A stretch of 64,000 nt of DNA from Chthonomonadales bacterium (GCA_037443035.1 JBBIPC010000003.1:90951-154950); one strand, 5' to 3'; positions 28,786-39,841 are shown, counted from the stretch's first letter. The notes: generated by a model not told the origin, from the sequence alone. Made by a program: numbers and translations.

Positions 28786-29026
28786 GGGCCGCGGCTAAGT
28801 TGCCGAAGCACGATTCGGCGCATCGGACCTCCTATGACCGCCGCATCCCGGACTGCCACAGCACTGCCGTGCAGGCGCGTGGCTCTGCAGCGCTCGCCCG
28901 AGCCACCTGTTCCGGTGATAGCAATCCGTCGCCACAGCCGGTCGCTTCGACCCAGTTACGGCGCCATGGGCATCGGTGCTCGATATCGAATGGGAAACGC
29001 CCAGTCGGGTATCCTCAGTGGTACTC

Positions 29027-29992
29027 ATGGCACTCGACCTCGAGTTTCTGCTTGCTCTCTCCGAAGCGCCGGCAGTGGCCACAGCGTGCGGGCCGGTGCT
29101 CAGCATCGTGCGATCATGGTTGGGCGACCAGGCTGTCCTCCACCTCTGTCCGGATTCGCACGCGCTTGTTCTCCGTCCGGCGGCTCGACTGGACCAGGTG
29201 GAAACGCTGCTCGTCGCGCATATGGACGAGGTCGGCGGCGTGGTCCTCGGTGAGGCGAATGGCGGCGGATATTACGTGCAGCACTGGGGCTGTTCCGCAG
29301 ATCGGTTCGCCACAGCGAGCCTTCAGGGCATGGACTATCTCGCTCGGACGAGCGCCGAGGCGTTCCCGGTAGATGCAGCACCCACCCCGGACGGCAGCGC
29401 AGGCTCCTTCCTACTCCATGGGGCCGGCATACGCCCCTTCCGCACCGTCTGGACATTTCAGGGGAAGGCATCCATCAGCGGTGACTTCGTCATGGGCAAA
29501 GCTTTGGACCCGCGGGCCACCCTCTTCGCGGTTCTTGCTGCTTTCGCCGAAATGGGAGACCCCGTCGTGGCTGTTCTCATGGTCATGGCTGAAGAGTGCG
29601 CCATGGATGTGGCGCAGAAGGCCGTCCGTCTCCTCCAGCGGCAGGCTCCGGGACTACGGCGGATTGTCAATGCGGACGTGCCCGACGTGACCAATCTGAT
29701 AGGCGGCAGGCTCGACAGGCCAGCGATACGTATCTTCGAAGGCCGGAACATGGTGGATCCATCCTTCGGCATTCGCCTTGCAGAGAACATCACCGATGTT
29801 GACTTTCAGCTCACTGCGTCGCTCACCGGTAGCCAGACGCCGCTCTTCAGACCGCTGGCGCCTACGGTCTCCGTTGCCTTGCCTGGCGAAGGGGTCCATA
29901 CCCCCCAGACACGCATGAGCCTGACGGGCATCCAGCGTTGCGTAGACCTCCTTTGCCGCATTGCCACGGCCGGAGTCAGCGATGACGAGTGA
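29027..29992 (+). CDS. M42-family metallopeptidase-like protein
   Basis: VAHMDEVG, GKALD, AEE, VHTP; start uncertain (28976 or 29027). Confidence 0.7.
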   Translation: MALDLEFLLALSEAPAVATACGPVLSIVRSWLGDQAVLHLCPDSHALVLRPAARLDQVETLLVAHMDEVGGVVLGEANGGGYYVQHWGCSADRFATASLQGMDYLARTSAEAFPVDAAPTPDGSAGSFLLHGAGIRPFRTVWTFQGKASISGDFVMGKALDPRATLFAVLAAFAEMGDPVVAVLMVMAEECAMDVAQKAVRLLQRQAPGLRRIVNADVPDVTNLIGGRLDRPAIRIFEGRNMVDPSFGIRLAENITDVDFQLTASLTGSQTPLFRPLAPTVSVALPGEGVHTPQTRMSLTGIQRCVDLLCRIATAGVSDDE

Positions 29993-30836
29993 GACCGCCA
30001 GGCAGGTCTCGGACACGCTGCCCCCTCCGCTCGAGATCATCAACCCGAACGCTCCGCGCGGCCGCGTACGCTCCGCGCTGTTCGATTTCGACGGCACCCT
30101 GTCGCTCATTCGCGAAGGATGGCAGGGCGTCATGATCCCCTATTTCGTCGAAGAACTGCTGGCGACGCCGAACCATGAAGCACCGGCGGAGGTGGAGCGA
30201 GTCGTCCGCGAGTTCGTCGAGCGCTTGACAGGCAAGCAGACCATCTATCAGTGTCTCCAGCTTGCCGACGAGGTACAGAAGCGGGGTGGCTCGCCCAGGG
30301 AGCCGCTGGACTACAAATACGAGTACCTCCGCAGGCTCTGGCAGCGAATCGAGCACCGTGTAGCAGCTCTGAAGTCGGGCGATGCGCATCCCGACTCCAT
30401 GCTGCTGCGAGGCTCTCGAGCGCTGTTGAGAGCTCTCCGCGATAGAGGGGTTACACTCTATCTGGCCAGTGGCACGGACTTGCCCTATGTTCAAGACGAA
30501 GCCGCCGCGCTCCAGATAGACCAGTACTTCGCGCCTCGCATCTACGGCGCCCTCGACGATTACAAGAGTTTCTCCAAGCAGATGGTCATCGAGAGGATCC
30601 TCCGGGAGAACGATCTCCACGGAGCCGAGCTGGTGGTCTTCGGCGATGGCTACGTGGAGATCGAGAATGGCAAGAGCGTTGGCGGCCTGGCCGTCGGGGT
30701 TGCGTCCGACGAAGCCCATCCCGGCGGCATTGACCTTTGGAAACGTAACCGCCTCATCTCGGCAGGCGCGGATGTGATCATTCGCGACTATACGAACCTC
30801 GATGCCATACTGCAGTACCTTTTCGAGCGATCGTAG
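29982..30836 (+). CDS. HAD-superfamily hydrolase/phosphatase
   Basis: FDFDGTLS, LASGT, FSK, FGDGYVE. Confidence 0.9.
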   Translation: MTSETARQVSDTLPPPLEIINPNAPRGRVRSALFDFDGTLSLIREGWQGVMIPYFVEELLATPNHEAPAEVERVVREFVERLTGKQTIYQCLQLADEVQKRGGSPREPLDYKYEYLRRLWQRIEHRVAALKSGDAHPDSMLLRGSRALLRALRDRGVTLYLASGTDLPYVQDEAAALQIDQYFAPRIYGALDDYKSFSKQMVIERILRENDLHGAELVVFGDGYVEIENGKSVGGLAVGVASDEAHPGGIDLWKRNRLISAGADVIIRDYTNLDAILQYLFERS

Positions 30837-30848
30837 AGGAGGAGAGCC

Positions 30849-32300
30849 ATGGCAACGGACGGTCGGATGTTCGACACGGACAAGCGCATTCGCCTGGGCA
30901 TCTGGGGTCTGGGCCGAGGGCTGCATCTCTCTGGCGCATGCGCCGCCTTGAACATTGACGTTGTCGCTGGCCTCGACTATAGCGAGTACATGCGCCGGCA
31001 ATTCACCGAGAAGTTCCCCGGCGCCTACGCCACCGATGATGTGGAGTCGTTTCTCAGCGCCGACTTCGATGCGGTACTCCTTGCGTCCTACCTGCCCAAT
31101 CACGCAGCCGATGCCATGGCCTGCCTCCGCGCGGGCAAGCACGTGCTCAGCGAAGTGACGGCGTTCATGACCATGGCGGACGGCGTGCGGCTCGTGGAGG
31201 AGGTCGAGAGGACAGGCCTGGTCTATCAAATGGCGGAGAACTACCCCTTTTCGCCCGAGAATCGATGGCTGGCGCGTCGTTGGCAGGAGGGGCTCTTCGG
31301 CGATCTCATGTACGGCGAGTACGAATACGTCCACGAGGTGCTCTCGCTCGCCTTCACGGACATCAACGGTGTGCCCATAGAACCCGGCTATCAGGTGCAT
31401 CCATGGCGAAGCTGGCTGAACTTCCACTATTACAGCACGCACTCGCTAGGGCCCATCATGTTCATCACGAACACGCGTCCGGTGGAGGTCTGCTCGCTTC
31501 CGGGTACTGTCCGGCTGCCAGGCTATCTTATCCGGGCTGCGCAGGGCATGGGCGGTGTCGCTCCGTCGCTGTTGCGTATGTCCAACGGCGGGCTGGTGCG
31601 CAACCTCATGGGCGCCACCACCAACGACTCCCATATTCAGCGTCTCTGGGGCACTCGAGGCTCGGCGGAACAGGTGGATGGCAAGCTCAGGGTCCGTCTC
31701 GGTGGTTTCGGCAATGCTCCCAAGAGTACTGTGACGCCGAGACATGACGAGCTGGGCCGCATGGCGGCAGGGACCGGTCACGGTGGCGGCGATTTCTGGG
31801 TGCTCTATTACTTCGCCCGTCAGATTCTCGAAGGAATCCCCGGCCCGTTCGATGTCTATGCGTCTGCGGACTGCACTATCGCAGGTATACAGGCATACCG
31901 ATCCCAGGCGGAAAATGGAGCCCCCCAACCGATACCTGACTTTCGCGTACCAAGCGAACGGGAGGCCTACCGCAACGACGAGTTCCGACAACCTGCCTAC
32001 GACACACGTACCGGCGTGTTTGGCGGCGCCACAGACGATCCGCTGGCGCGTCGTTTCACAACGGTTATGCGGGATCTCATCGCTGCGACGAATGCCGTGT
32101 GTGCGCACCGGGCGTGGGCATCCATCGCGGAGGATGTGGAAGATCCCTCCTTCCTGACGACTCTCGAGGCGAACGCGGCTGCAGCACTTCCCAAACTGGA
32201 GGAAGCCAGCAAAGCGGCTCGGCAGATCATAGCCGCGTATCCCAATACGGACGGCGCCAGGGTGTTGGGCGAGATACTGAACCGGATCGGGGCTGATTAG
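30849..32300 (+). CDS. Cytoplasmic Gfo/Idh/MocA oxidoreductase
   Basis: GIWGLGRG, GKHVLSEV, MAENY, GEYEYVH, YSTHSLGP, GHGGGD. Confidence 0.85.
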   Translation: MATDGRMFDTDKRIRLGIWGLGRGLHLSGACAALNIDVVAGLDYSEYMRRQFTEKFPGAYATDDVESFLSADFDAVLLASYLPNHAADAMACLRAGKHVLSEVTAFMTMADGVRLVEEVERTGLVYQMAENYPFSPENRWLARRWQEGLFGDLMYGEYEYVHEVLSLAFTDINGVPIEPGYQVHPWRSWLNFHYYSTHSLGPIMFITNTRPVEVCSLPGTVRLPGYLIRAAQGMGGVAPSLLRMSNGGLVRNLMGATTNDSHIQRLWGTRGSAEQVDGKLRVRLGGFGNAPKSTVTPRHDELGRMAAGTGHGGGDFWVLYYFARQILEGIPGPFDVYASADCTIAGIQAYRSQAENGAPQPIPDFRVPSEREAYRNDEFRQPAYDTRTGVFGGATDDPLARRFTTVMRDLIAATNAVCAHRAWASIAEDVEDPSFLTTLEANAAAALPKLEEASKAARQIIAAYPNTDGARVLGEILNRIGAD

Positions 32301-32375
32301 CCAGCGGTCCTCATCACTCGAAGCTGGCGACGCGAGCAGCTGATCGGTGCCAGGACGAGAAGAGGTAGATAGCAC

Positions 32376-33155
32376 TTGCGCATACTGTTCATCGGTGATA
32401 TCGTCGGGCGTACAGGACGAGAAGCGGTAGTGGCCCTTGCGCCCCAACTGCGTAACGAACTGAGCGCCGATTTCGTCATAGCCAATGCAGAGAATGCAGC
32501 GGGAGGCGTGGGGATCACTCCGGCCCTGGCAACGGATCTGCTGACTAGGGCAGGCGTGGACGTGTTGACCCTCGGCAACCATGCGTGGGCCAAGAAGGAG
32601 ATCTACCCGTACCTTCAGTCGGAGAGCCGGATCTTGAGGCCGCTGAACTATCCGCCCGGTGCTCCGGGGAGTGGATGCGGGGTCTATGAAACGACATGTG
32701 GGGTGCTGGCTGTCATCGTCTTGCAGGGGCGCGTTTTCATGGAACCGGTGGATGATCCGTTCAGGGCCGTGGACCAAGAGTTGGTGAATCTCCAGGGTCA
32801 CGCGAACGCCGTCGTAGTGGACATGCACGCTGAGGCGACGTCGGAGAAACAAGCGGTTGCATGGCACCTGGATGGGCGCGTCTCCGCTGTCATTGGCACC
32901 CATACACATGTACAGACTGCGGACGATGGCATCCTCGAGGGGGGCACGGCGTACATTACCGATGTGGGCATGACCGGACCGACACAGTCTATTATCGGGA
33001 TGGCCCCCAAGGCCATCCTCGAGCGGTTCCGGACCAACCTGCCGGCACGCTTCGAGGCGGCAGACGGCCCAGCCGCATTACGGGCGGTGCTGGTGGACAT
33101 TAATGAAGCGAGCGGGCGTGCACGGCGTATCGAGCGGATTGTGCGCTCGGCGTAG
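32376..33155 (+). CDS. ymdB: YmdB-like metallophosphoesterase
   Basis: FIGDIVG, NAENAAGG, TLGNH, RPLNYP, DMHAEATSEK, GTHTHVQTAD, TDVGMTG. Confidence 0.9.
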   Translation: MRILFIGDIVGRTGREAVVALAPQLRNELSADFVIANAENAAGGVGITPALATDLLTRAGVDVLTLGNHAWAKKEIYPYLQSESRILRPLNYPPGAPGSGCGVYETTCGVLAVIVLQGRVFMEPVDDPFRAVDQELVNLQGHANAVVVDMHAEATSEKQAVAWHLDGRVSAVIGTHTHVQTADDGILEGGTAYITDVGMTGPTQSIIGMAPKAILERFRTNLPARFEAADGPAALRAVLVDINEASGRARRIERIVRSA

Positions 33156-33255
33156 TACAATAAGATGTAAGTTGAGGATAGTTCCCGCGTATCACAAAGA
33201 CGATCGGGGGACGAGAGAACAGGCTCGTGGATACAAGCCTGAACAGGAGCGAGCT

Positions 33256-34479
33256 ATGAAACGCATGTGGAGACCGTTCCTACCGGCGGGCGCATTCTTG
33301 CTGGCGCTCGGGATGCCGGGTCGTGCAGACATCGCCCTCTATGAGGGCCAGACTCCCCAGGCCTCTGGTCTGAAGCTCCTCCCCTGGGGAAGTGGCGAAG
33401 CGACCGAGAGCACCGAATACGTGTTCACAGGTATCAAGTCCATCAAGGTCAAGACCCACGGACGCTATCAGGGCGCAAGGTTGGTGCTAGAACGGCCGCT
33501 GGACCTCCGGCAGGTGGCGGCCTCACCGGCGTCGCAACTTGCCGTCACTGTCCTTGTGCCGGAACGCACGAGCACCGGCCGCTTGCGCGGAAGCCGCCTC
33601 GGACCGGGCGGCATGATGGGGCCTGGAGGCATGATCGGCCCGGGCGGCGCAGCGGGCTCTGGAGGAATGATGGGGCCGGGCGGCATGGCAGGCCCGGGCG
33701 GTCTTCGCGGCGGCCGCGGTGGTAGCATGACCGGTCCTCCTGGAATGGGTGGATCCGGCGGAATGACAGGTCCTCCCGGAATGGGTGGCTCGGGCGGCAC
33801 GACGTCTCCTGGCGGGTCTCGGAGCCAACGAGGTGGACGCGGTGGCTCGGGTGGCATGCTTGGCCCAGGAGGTCCTGGGGGAGACGGAACAGGAGGCGGT
33901 ATGCTGGGTCCCGGCGGCTCGGGCCGAGGTGCCACGTACGGCCAGGATCTGCTTGTCGAGCCGAAGCCCATCAAGAGCGTTCGCGTGGTCGTCGTCCTGA
34001 ACACCGGCAAGCAGGTGGACGTAACACTACCCCTGGAGTACACGCGGCCGAACCCGGAAGGTTGGCGGACGCTCTCCTTCCCCATCGCGGCGATCCCGGC
34101 ACTGAAGGGCGCCGAGGGGCAGATCACCGAAGTGCGCATCTTCGGTGATTCCGTCGGAACCATGTACGTCGGCGCCATCCGCGCGGTGGATGACCAGACT
34201 CCCATCCGTGTCGCGAACCTGCCGGAGCGGACCGTCGCCGTCAACGACAAGGTGACCTTCACCGCCTCTGCGGAGGCCGGCGTCTCCCAGCTCAAGTACG
34301 AATGGACCGTACTGAAGGCTGGAGAGAAGGTGGATCCGCTGCCGGTGGATGCCGAGGGTCGGGTTTTCGAGCATAAGTTCCGCAAGAGCGGCGAGTACGA
34401 CGTACACCTGACGGTGCGAGACGTCTACGGTCTCAAGGCGCCGGCACATACCGTAACGCGCGTCCGCGTGACCATGTAG
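33256..34479 (+). CDS. Secreted protein with internal Gly/Pro/Met-rich low-complexity insert and C-terminal PKD/Ig-like domain
   Basis: AGGAG RBS, signal peptide, GPGGMMGPGG repeats (about 33600-33930), C-terminal VTFTASA..YEW..HKFRKSGEYDVHLTVRD. Confidence 0.75.
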   Translation: MKRMWRPFLPAGAFLLALGMPGRADIALYEGQTPQASGLKLLPWGSGEATESTEYVFTGIKSIKVKTHGRYQGARLVLERPLDLRQVAASPASQLAVTVLVPERTSTGRLRGSRLGPGGMMGPGGMIGPGGAAGSGGMMGPGGMAGPGGLRGGRGGSMTGPPGMGGSGGMTGPPGMGGSGGTTSPGGSRSQRGGRGGSGGMLGPGGPGGDGTGGGMLGPGGSGRGATYGQDLLVEPKPIKSVRVVVVLNTGKQVDVTLPLEYTRPNPEGWRTLSFPIAAIPALKGAEGQITEVRIFGDSVGTMYVGAIRAVDDQTPIRVANLPERTVAVNDKVTFTASAEAGVSQLKYEWTVLKAGEKVDPLPVDAEGRVFEHKFRKSGEYDVHLTVRDVYGLKAPAHTVTRVRVTM

Positions 34480-34507
34480 GCCGCCGCCAGCATTCGGGAA
34501 CGTTCGT

Positions 34508-34547
34508 GGACCCCCTCGCTGGCTTATCGGCGAGGGGTTCCTGTTTC
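34508..34547 (+). terminator. Intrinsic terminator-like hairpin
   Basis: GGACCCCCTCGCTGG-ctta-TCGGCGAGGGGTTCC followed by TGTTTC. Confidence 0.65.
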
Positions 34548-34672
34548 CAGGCGGCCCTTCCTCGCGGCACCTTCTCAGGGAACGGGAAGGAACTGCCAAC
34601 TGATACTACCGAATATGCCACCTGCTGATTGCTGGTCAAGCGTGACGCTAGAGTCCTCGAAGGAGGTGCACC

Positions 34673-35506
34673 ATGGCACTAGCATTGAAGGTGACGGACA
34701 GCGGCAGGACCAGGCTCTCCTCAGTGAACCCGGACTCCCACGACGGCCTGGAGCGCGAGCATGCCGAGGAGGCCATGGCTCGCCTCGGCGAGGAGCTGGG
34801 TGAACTCGCAGACCTCCTGTTCTACGCCGGCACGCATGCGCTGCTGGTCGTTCTTCAGGGACGCGACACAGCCGGCAAGGACGGCGCCATCCGACGCATC
34901 CTGCGCTATGTCAATGCCCAGAGCTGCCGGGTCGTCCCGTTCAAGGTTCCTGTTGGCCCCGAGATCGAACACGACTTCCTCTGGCGAGTCCATGCGCAGA
35001 CGCCAGGGCGGGGCAGCATCGCCCTCTTCAACCGGTCCCATTACGAGGACGTCCTTGTCGTGCGGGTCCACAACCTCGTGCCCGAGTCGGTTTGGCGTCG
35101 TCGGTACTCCCATATCAACACTTTCGAAGAGCTACTCTTGGATAGCGACACCATCCTGGTAAAGATCTTCCTGCACATCAGCAAGGACGAACAGGAGAGG
35201 CGACTTCTGGACAGAGAGAAGGAGGTGGAGAAGGCCTGGAAGCTCAACGTAGGAGACTGGGAGGAACGATCGTACTGGGACGCCTATGAGAAGGCCTACG
35301 AGGAGGTGTTCGAGCGCTGCAGCAGCAAGCGGGCGCCGTGGTACATCATCCCAGCGAACCACAAGTGGTTCCGCGATGTCGCTCTGCTAGAGACGCTGGT
35401 TCACGCCCTGCGCCCCTATCGGGACGACTGGGAGCGCCAGCTGCGGGCAATTGGCGACCAGCGCCGGCACGAACTGGAGGTTTTTCGCGCTAAGAACCAC
35501 TCGTGA
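34673..35506 (+). CDS. ppk2: Polyphosphate kinase 2 family protein
   Basis: QGRDTAGKDG Walker A, HDFLWR, FNRSHYEDVL, KIFLHISKDEQ, APWYIIPA. Confidence 0.93.
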   Translation: MALALKVTDSGRTRLSSVNPDSHDGLEREHAEEAMARLGEELGELADLLFYAGTHALLVVLQGRDTAGKDGAIRRILRYVNAQSCRVVPFKVPVGPEIEHDFLWRVHAQTPGRGSIALFNRSHYEDVLVVRVHNLVPESVWRRRYSHINTFEELLLDSDTILVKIFLHISKDEQERRLLDREKEVEKAWKLNVGDWEERSYWDAYEKAYEEVFERCSSKRAPWYIIPANHKWFRDVALLETLVHALRPYRDDWERQLRAIGDQRRHELEVFRAKNHS

Positions 35507-35515
35507 GGCGCACGC

Positions 35516-36150
35516 ATGCCATCAGAAGACAACCACGAGCACACCCTCGACGCTGGAACGGCCCTTCGTCAGCTCGACGGGCTCACTCGCTCCGAGCGCC
35601 AGTGCAACCGCTGGGTTACGTTCGCTCTCAGGACGGTCTGTGGCATGGCAACGCTAGCACTCCTCTTGACCGGACGGCTGGGCCGCGAGCGTCCAGGCGT
35701 CGTTGTTGGCTTAGCCGTGATCCTGGGGCAGCTCTTCGGCCTCTACGCAAGTTCCGTGCTGCTAGAGCATCGCCGCCTTGGTCTGCAGTGGCGTCGACTC
35801 GTCGAGTCTCGAGCATGGACGAGACGACGGCCGTACCGGTGCTCCTGCAGATCGAGTGGACTGACCCTAGGGTTGTAGCTGGCCGGTATGCTGTCCTCGA
35901 GCGCCTCCTGGCGCGCATGACCGACGCGGAGGGTCCAAGCCTGACCGACGCGCAGTATCGGGAACTGACGGCATTGCTGGCACCATGGACCGACGCACCA
36001 ACGACCCTGCGGAAGGTGGTTCTCGATGCCCTGGCGCGCATCTCGGACGAGCGGTCGGTCCGGTCCATGGAACGATCCGTCCAGTTGGCGGTCTGTAACT
36101 TATCCTTACGAAACCTGGTATGCTCTTGTAGTCCTGCATCATGGTTGTGA
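35516..36150 (+). pseudogene. Probably frameshifted membrane protein with C-terminal HEAT-like helices
   Basis: 2-TM N-part in the frame of 35516 turns to nonsense near 35810; a helical HEAT-like part (AVPVLL..LERLLARM..VLDALARISDERSV) continues in another frame. Confidence 0.5.
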
Positions 36151-36188
36151 CACACCTGGCAACCATCTGCAAGTAGAAGGGAAGGACA

Positions 36189-36932
36189 ATGCAGCAATAC
36201 CGCAAGCGATCAGGTTTCACCCTGATTGAGCTCCTGGTGGTCATAGCGATCATCGCAATCCTGGCCGCCATTCTGTTCCCCGTATTCGCCCGAGCACGGG
36301 AGCAAGCCCGAAAGACGGCTTGTCTCTCGAACCTCAAGCAGCTCGGTCTTGGCTTTCTCATGTACGCCCAGGACTATGACGAGCGGCTTCCTGGTGTCCG
36401 GTTCGGTGATGGCGCCGGACAGGGCTGGCCCTGGACCGTGTGGCAGGGGTCGGTGGATTGGACCGGCGTTTTCACCCATGCCGTCATGCCCTACCTCAAG
36501 AACCGTGGTATCCTCCAGTGCCCCAGCGGCACTGAAGTAGATCGCTGGAGTGGGACGAACGGCCTTAGCTACTGCTACAACGAGTACATGTACAACCTGG
36601 ATCAGGGATGGTCCATGCTGTCCCGCGTAAGCGGCGTCCAGGTTGGCCCTTCCAACGTCTCCATGCTGTCCGAGTGCTTCTCGAGCGGCATCTACATGGA
36701 CTGGGAGGGTGGTGGACCTGCCTTGCCTGACGGCACCATCGATGGCCTGAACAGGATCCGCTACCACACGTGGAACCCTTGGATGCCGAATCACGAGGGC
36801 ACGAACCTCACCTACGTGGACGGCCATTCCAAGTTCATCGCCAAGGATGCCATCCGCAGCTACAGGATGCCGTCGGGATGGACGGACAACCGCCAGCGGC
36901 CCGTCGTGTACCCAGGTGCCACCGAGCCGTAA
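36189..36932 (+). CDS. Prepilin-type N-methylation (DUF1559-like) protein
   Basis: [12 protein letters not shown]...[38 protein letters not shown] (H-X8-DG). Confidence 0.92.
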   Translation: MQQYRKRSGFTLIELLVVIAIIAILAAILFPVFARAREQARKTACLSNLKQLGLGFLMYAQDYDERLPGVRFGDGAGQGWPWTVWQGSVDWTGVFTHAVMPYLKNRGILQCPSGTEVDRWSGTNGLSYCYNEYMYNLDQGWSMLSRVSGVQVGPSNVSMLSECFSSGIYMDWEGGGPALPDGTIDGLNRIRYHTWNPWMPNHEGTNLTYVDGHSKFIAKDAIRSYRMPSGWTDNRQRPVVYPGATEP

Positions 36933-36967
36933 GCCGCGGATCCCCTGAGAATACCGGAACGATCCGC

Positions 36968-37180
36968 ATGCGCAACCGAATCCTGATGACCGCGGTGGCG
37001 GGGCTCGTCTGTCTGCTAGCAGGATGCAGCAGCAAGCCCAAGCTGACAGAGGCGGAGAAGAACACACCACCTCCACCCGGTCCGCGCGAGTATGTGCCCC
37101 CACCGGCCGGTGCGGTACCCGGCCGGGCTGGTCGGCAGATGCCAGCGGCGCCACCGCCGACAACCACTCAGCCACGCTAG
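36968..37180 (+). CDS. Small proline-rich lipoprotein (70 aa)
   Basis: MRNRILMTAVAGLVCLLAG-C lipobox; TPPPPGPREYVPPP. Confidence 0.75.
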   Translation: MRNRILMTAVAGLVCLLAGCSSKPKLTEAEKNTPPPPGPREYVPPPAGAVPGRAGRQMPAAPPPTTTQPR

Positions 37181-37185
37181 TCTCT

Positions 37186-37222
37186 GCGGCCCGGTTTCTG
37201 CCAGGTGGACCGGGCCGCGTTT
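37186..37222 (+). terminator. Terminator hairpin after the pilin-like/lipoprotein cassette
   Basis: GCGGCCCGGTTT...GGACCGGGCCGC followed by GTTT. Confidence 0.65.
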
Positions 37223-37324
37223 CCCCCTGACACCCCAGCGAGCCAGTCCGAAGCCGTACGGCGCACTATCTCCACGCCTGTCCATGGGGTACCCTGACAC
37301 CACCTTGTGACTGGAGAATCGCCC

Positions 37325-38998
37325 ATGCGTTCCGATAGAGTCAAGCGTGGTCTCGATCGTGCCCCCCACCGCGGCCTTCTGAAAGCGTGTGGGCTTACCG
37401 ACGCCGACATGGACAGACCCTTCATCGGCATCGCGAACTCCTACACGGATATCGTGCCAGGCCACATTCACCTCAACCGCTTCGCCGAGGTCGTCAAGCA
37501 GGCCGTCCGCGAAGCCGGAGGCGTCCCGTTCGAGTTCAACACCATCGGGGTGGACGATGGCATCGCCATGGGCCACATCGGCATGCGTTACTCGCTTCCG
37601 AGCCGCGAGCTCATCGCTGATGCAGTGGAAACCGTCGTGGCGGCCCACTGGTTCGATGGATTGGTTTGCATCCCCAACTGCGACAAGATTACGCCCGGCA
37701 TGCTCATGGCGGCCGTACGCCTCAATGTTCCCACCATTTTCGTCACCGGCGGGCCCATGCGTGCGGGACGACGGCCTGACGGTACAACGACGGACCTCAT
37801 CGGCATCTTCGAGGGCGTCGGCCAAGTCCAAGCCGGAACCATGTCGGAAGCGGAGCTCAAAGCGCTGGAAGACGTGGCATGCCCCGGATGCGGCTCCTGC
37901 GCCGGCATGTTCACGGCCAACTCCATGAACTGCCTGCTCGAGGCCATAGGCATGGCGCTGCCAGGAAATGGCACTGTTCTGGCGGATACGCAGGAAAGGC
38001 GCGATCTAGCACGGCGTGCCGGCCGGCAGATCCTGGAGCTGGTGAAGCAGGATATCAAGCCCAGGGACATCGTCACCATGGAAGCGGTAGACAACGCTTT
38101 CGCGCTGGACATGGCCATGGGTGGTTCCACGAACACGGTGCTTCACTCCATGGCCGTGGCTGTGGAAGCCGGCCTGGACTATCCGCTGGAGCGCGTGAAC
38201 GCCATCTCCGAACGTATCCCGTGCATCTGCAAGGTCTCGCCGTCCAGGCCCGAAGTGCACATGGAGGATGTGGACCGCGCCGGTGGCATCTCTGCTATAC
38301 TCGCGGAGTTGGCACGCAAGCCCGGTGCTCTCCATCTCGACACGCTCACGGTCACAGGGAAGACCCTGAGGGAGAACGTCGCCAACGCCGTCGTAAGAGA
38401 TCGGGACGTCATACGCTCTGTAGATCGGCCTTTCACCCCAGATGGCGGATTGGCGGTGCTGAGAGGCAATCTCGCGCCGAACGGTGCTGTCATCAAGAGC
38501 GCTGGTGTCGCTCCGGAGTGCTTCGTGTTCGAGGGTACCGCCATCGTCTTCGAATCGCAGGACGAGTGCCTCGCGGCACTCGCGAAGCGGCAGGTGCAGC
38601 CTGGCCATGTGGTCGTCATTCGCTACGAAGGCCCGTGCGGAGGTCCTGGTATGCCCGAGATGCTCTCGCCGACGAGCATGATCAAGGGGCAGGGACTGGG
38701 CACGCAAGTTGCTCTTGTCACGGATGGGAGGTTCAGCGGTGGTACCGCTGGCATGTGTGTCGGGCATGTCAGTCCGGAGGCTGCCGATGGTGGACCGATC
38801 GCACTGGTCAAGAACGGAGACCGTATCCGCCTGGACATTCCGGCGAGGAGCATTTCCCTTCTGGTGGACGACGCCGAGCTCGCCCGACGTCGTGCAGCCT
38901 GGACCAAGCCACCGCTGAAGATCACCACAGGCTGGCTCGGTCGCTACGCGCGTATGGTCACGAGCGCCGACACTGGAGCCGTCTTGCGGCCTCGTTAG
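37325..38998 (+). CDS. ilvD: Dihydroxy-acid dehydratase
   Basis: [64 protein letters not shown]. Confidence 0.97.
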   Translation: MRSDRVKRGLDRAPHRGLLKACGLTDADMDRPFIGIANSYTDIVPGHIHLNRFAEVVKQAVREAGGVPFEFNTIGVDDGIAMGHIGMRYSLPSRELIADAVETVVAAHWFDGLVCIPNCDKITPGMLMAAVRLNVPTIFVTGGPMRAGRRPDGTTTDLIGIFEGVGQVQAGTMSEAELKALEDVACPGCGSCAGMFTANSMNCLLEAIGMALPGNGTVLADTQERRDLARRAGRQILELVKQDIKPRDIVTMEAVDNAFALDMAMGGSTNTVLHSMAVAVEAGLDYPLERVNAISERIPCICKVSPSRPEVHMEDVDRAGGISAILAELARKPGALHLDTLTVTGKTLRENVANAVVRDRDVIRSVDRPFTPDGGLAVLRGNLAPNGAVIKSAGVAPECFVFEGTAIVFESQDECLAALAKRQVQPGHVVVIRYEGPCGGPGMPEMLSPTSMIKGQGLGTQVALVTDGRFSGGTAGMCVGHVSPEAADGGPIALVKNGDRIRLDIPARSISLLVDDAELARRRAAWTKPPLKITTGWLGRYARMVTSADTGAVLRPR

Positions 38999-39044
38999 GC
39001 CGATTGCAGGGCACGCGATCTCGTCTGCCAGCCCGCAAGGCTGG

Positions 39045-39074
39045 TTGACTCCGACACCGGTCATGCGGTAGAGT
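39045..39074 (+). promoter_or_regulatory. Sigma70-type promoter of the pyr operon
   Basis: TTGACT-18 nt-TAGAGT. Confidence 0.6.
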
Positions 39075-39091
39075 GTCTTCGTCCGCCGAAA

Positions 39092-39242
39092 CCCTTTTAA
39101 GTGTGCCCAGTGAGGCCGCCAAAGGGCTCCGCCAGTTAGGGCGGTTTCCGGCAAGCACCATCGTCCGGGCTACCGTTGTAACCGGTCCGCGAGCGCCTGT
39201 AACGCGCCTTCTCTGAGCCACCCTCGGGGAAGGCGTTTTGTT
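39092..39242 (+). ncRNA. PyrR-binding transcription attenuator
   Basis: Binding loop CCCUUUUAA-GUGU-GCC-CAGUGA-GGC-CGCC-AAAGGG (39092-39126) and terminator CGCCTTCTCTGAG-ccacc-CTCGGGGAAGGCG-TTTTGTT (39205-39242) upstream of pyrR. Confidence 0.85.
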
Positions 39243-39254
39243 CAGGTGAGGTGA

Positions 39255-39812
<558 letters not shown>

Positions 39813-39841
39813 CCGGAAGTCATGAGAAGGGAACGTGCGTC

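Noticed and set aside
27630..29372. 580 aa plus-strand ORF
   Set aside because: Antisense shadow of the LacI gene with no recognisable motifs; typical of high-GC DNA. The same applies to 29976-31442, 31446-32909 and 38006-39154.
33600..33930. Collagen-like domain or DNA minisatellite
   Set aside because: There is no strict Gly-X-Y periodicity and codons vary between units, so it is a protein low-complexity region.
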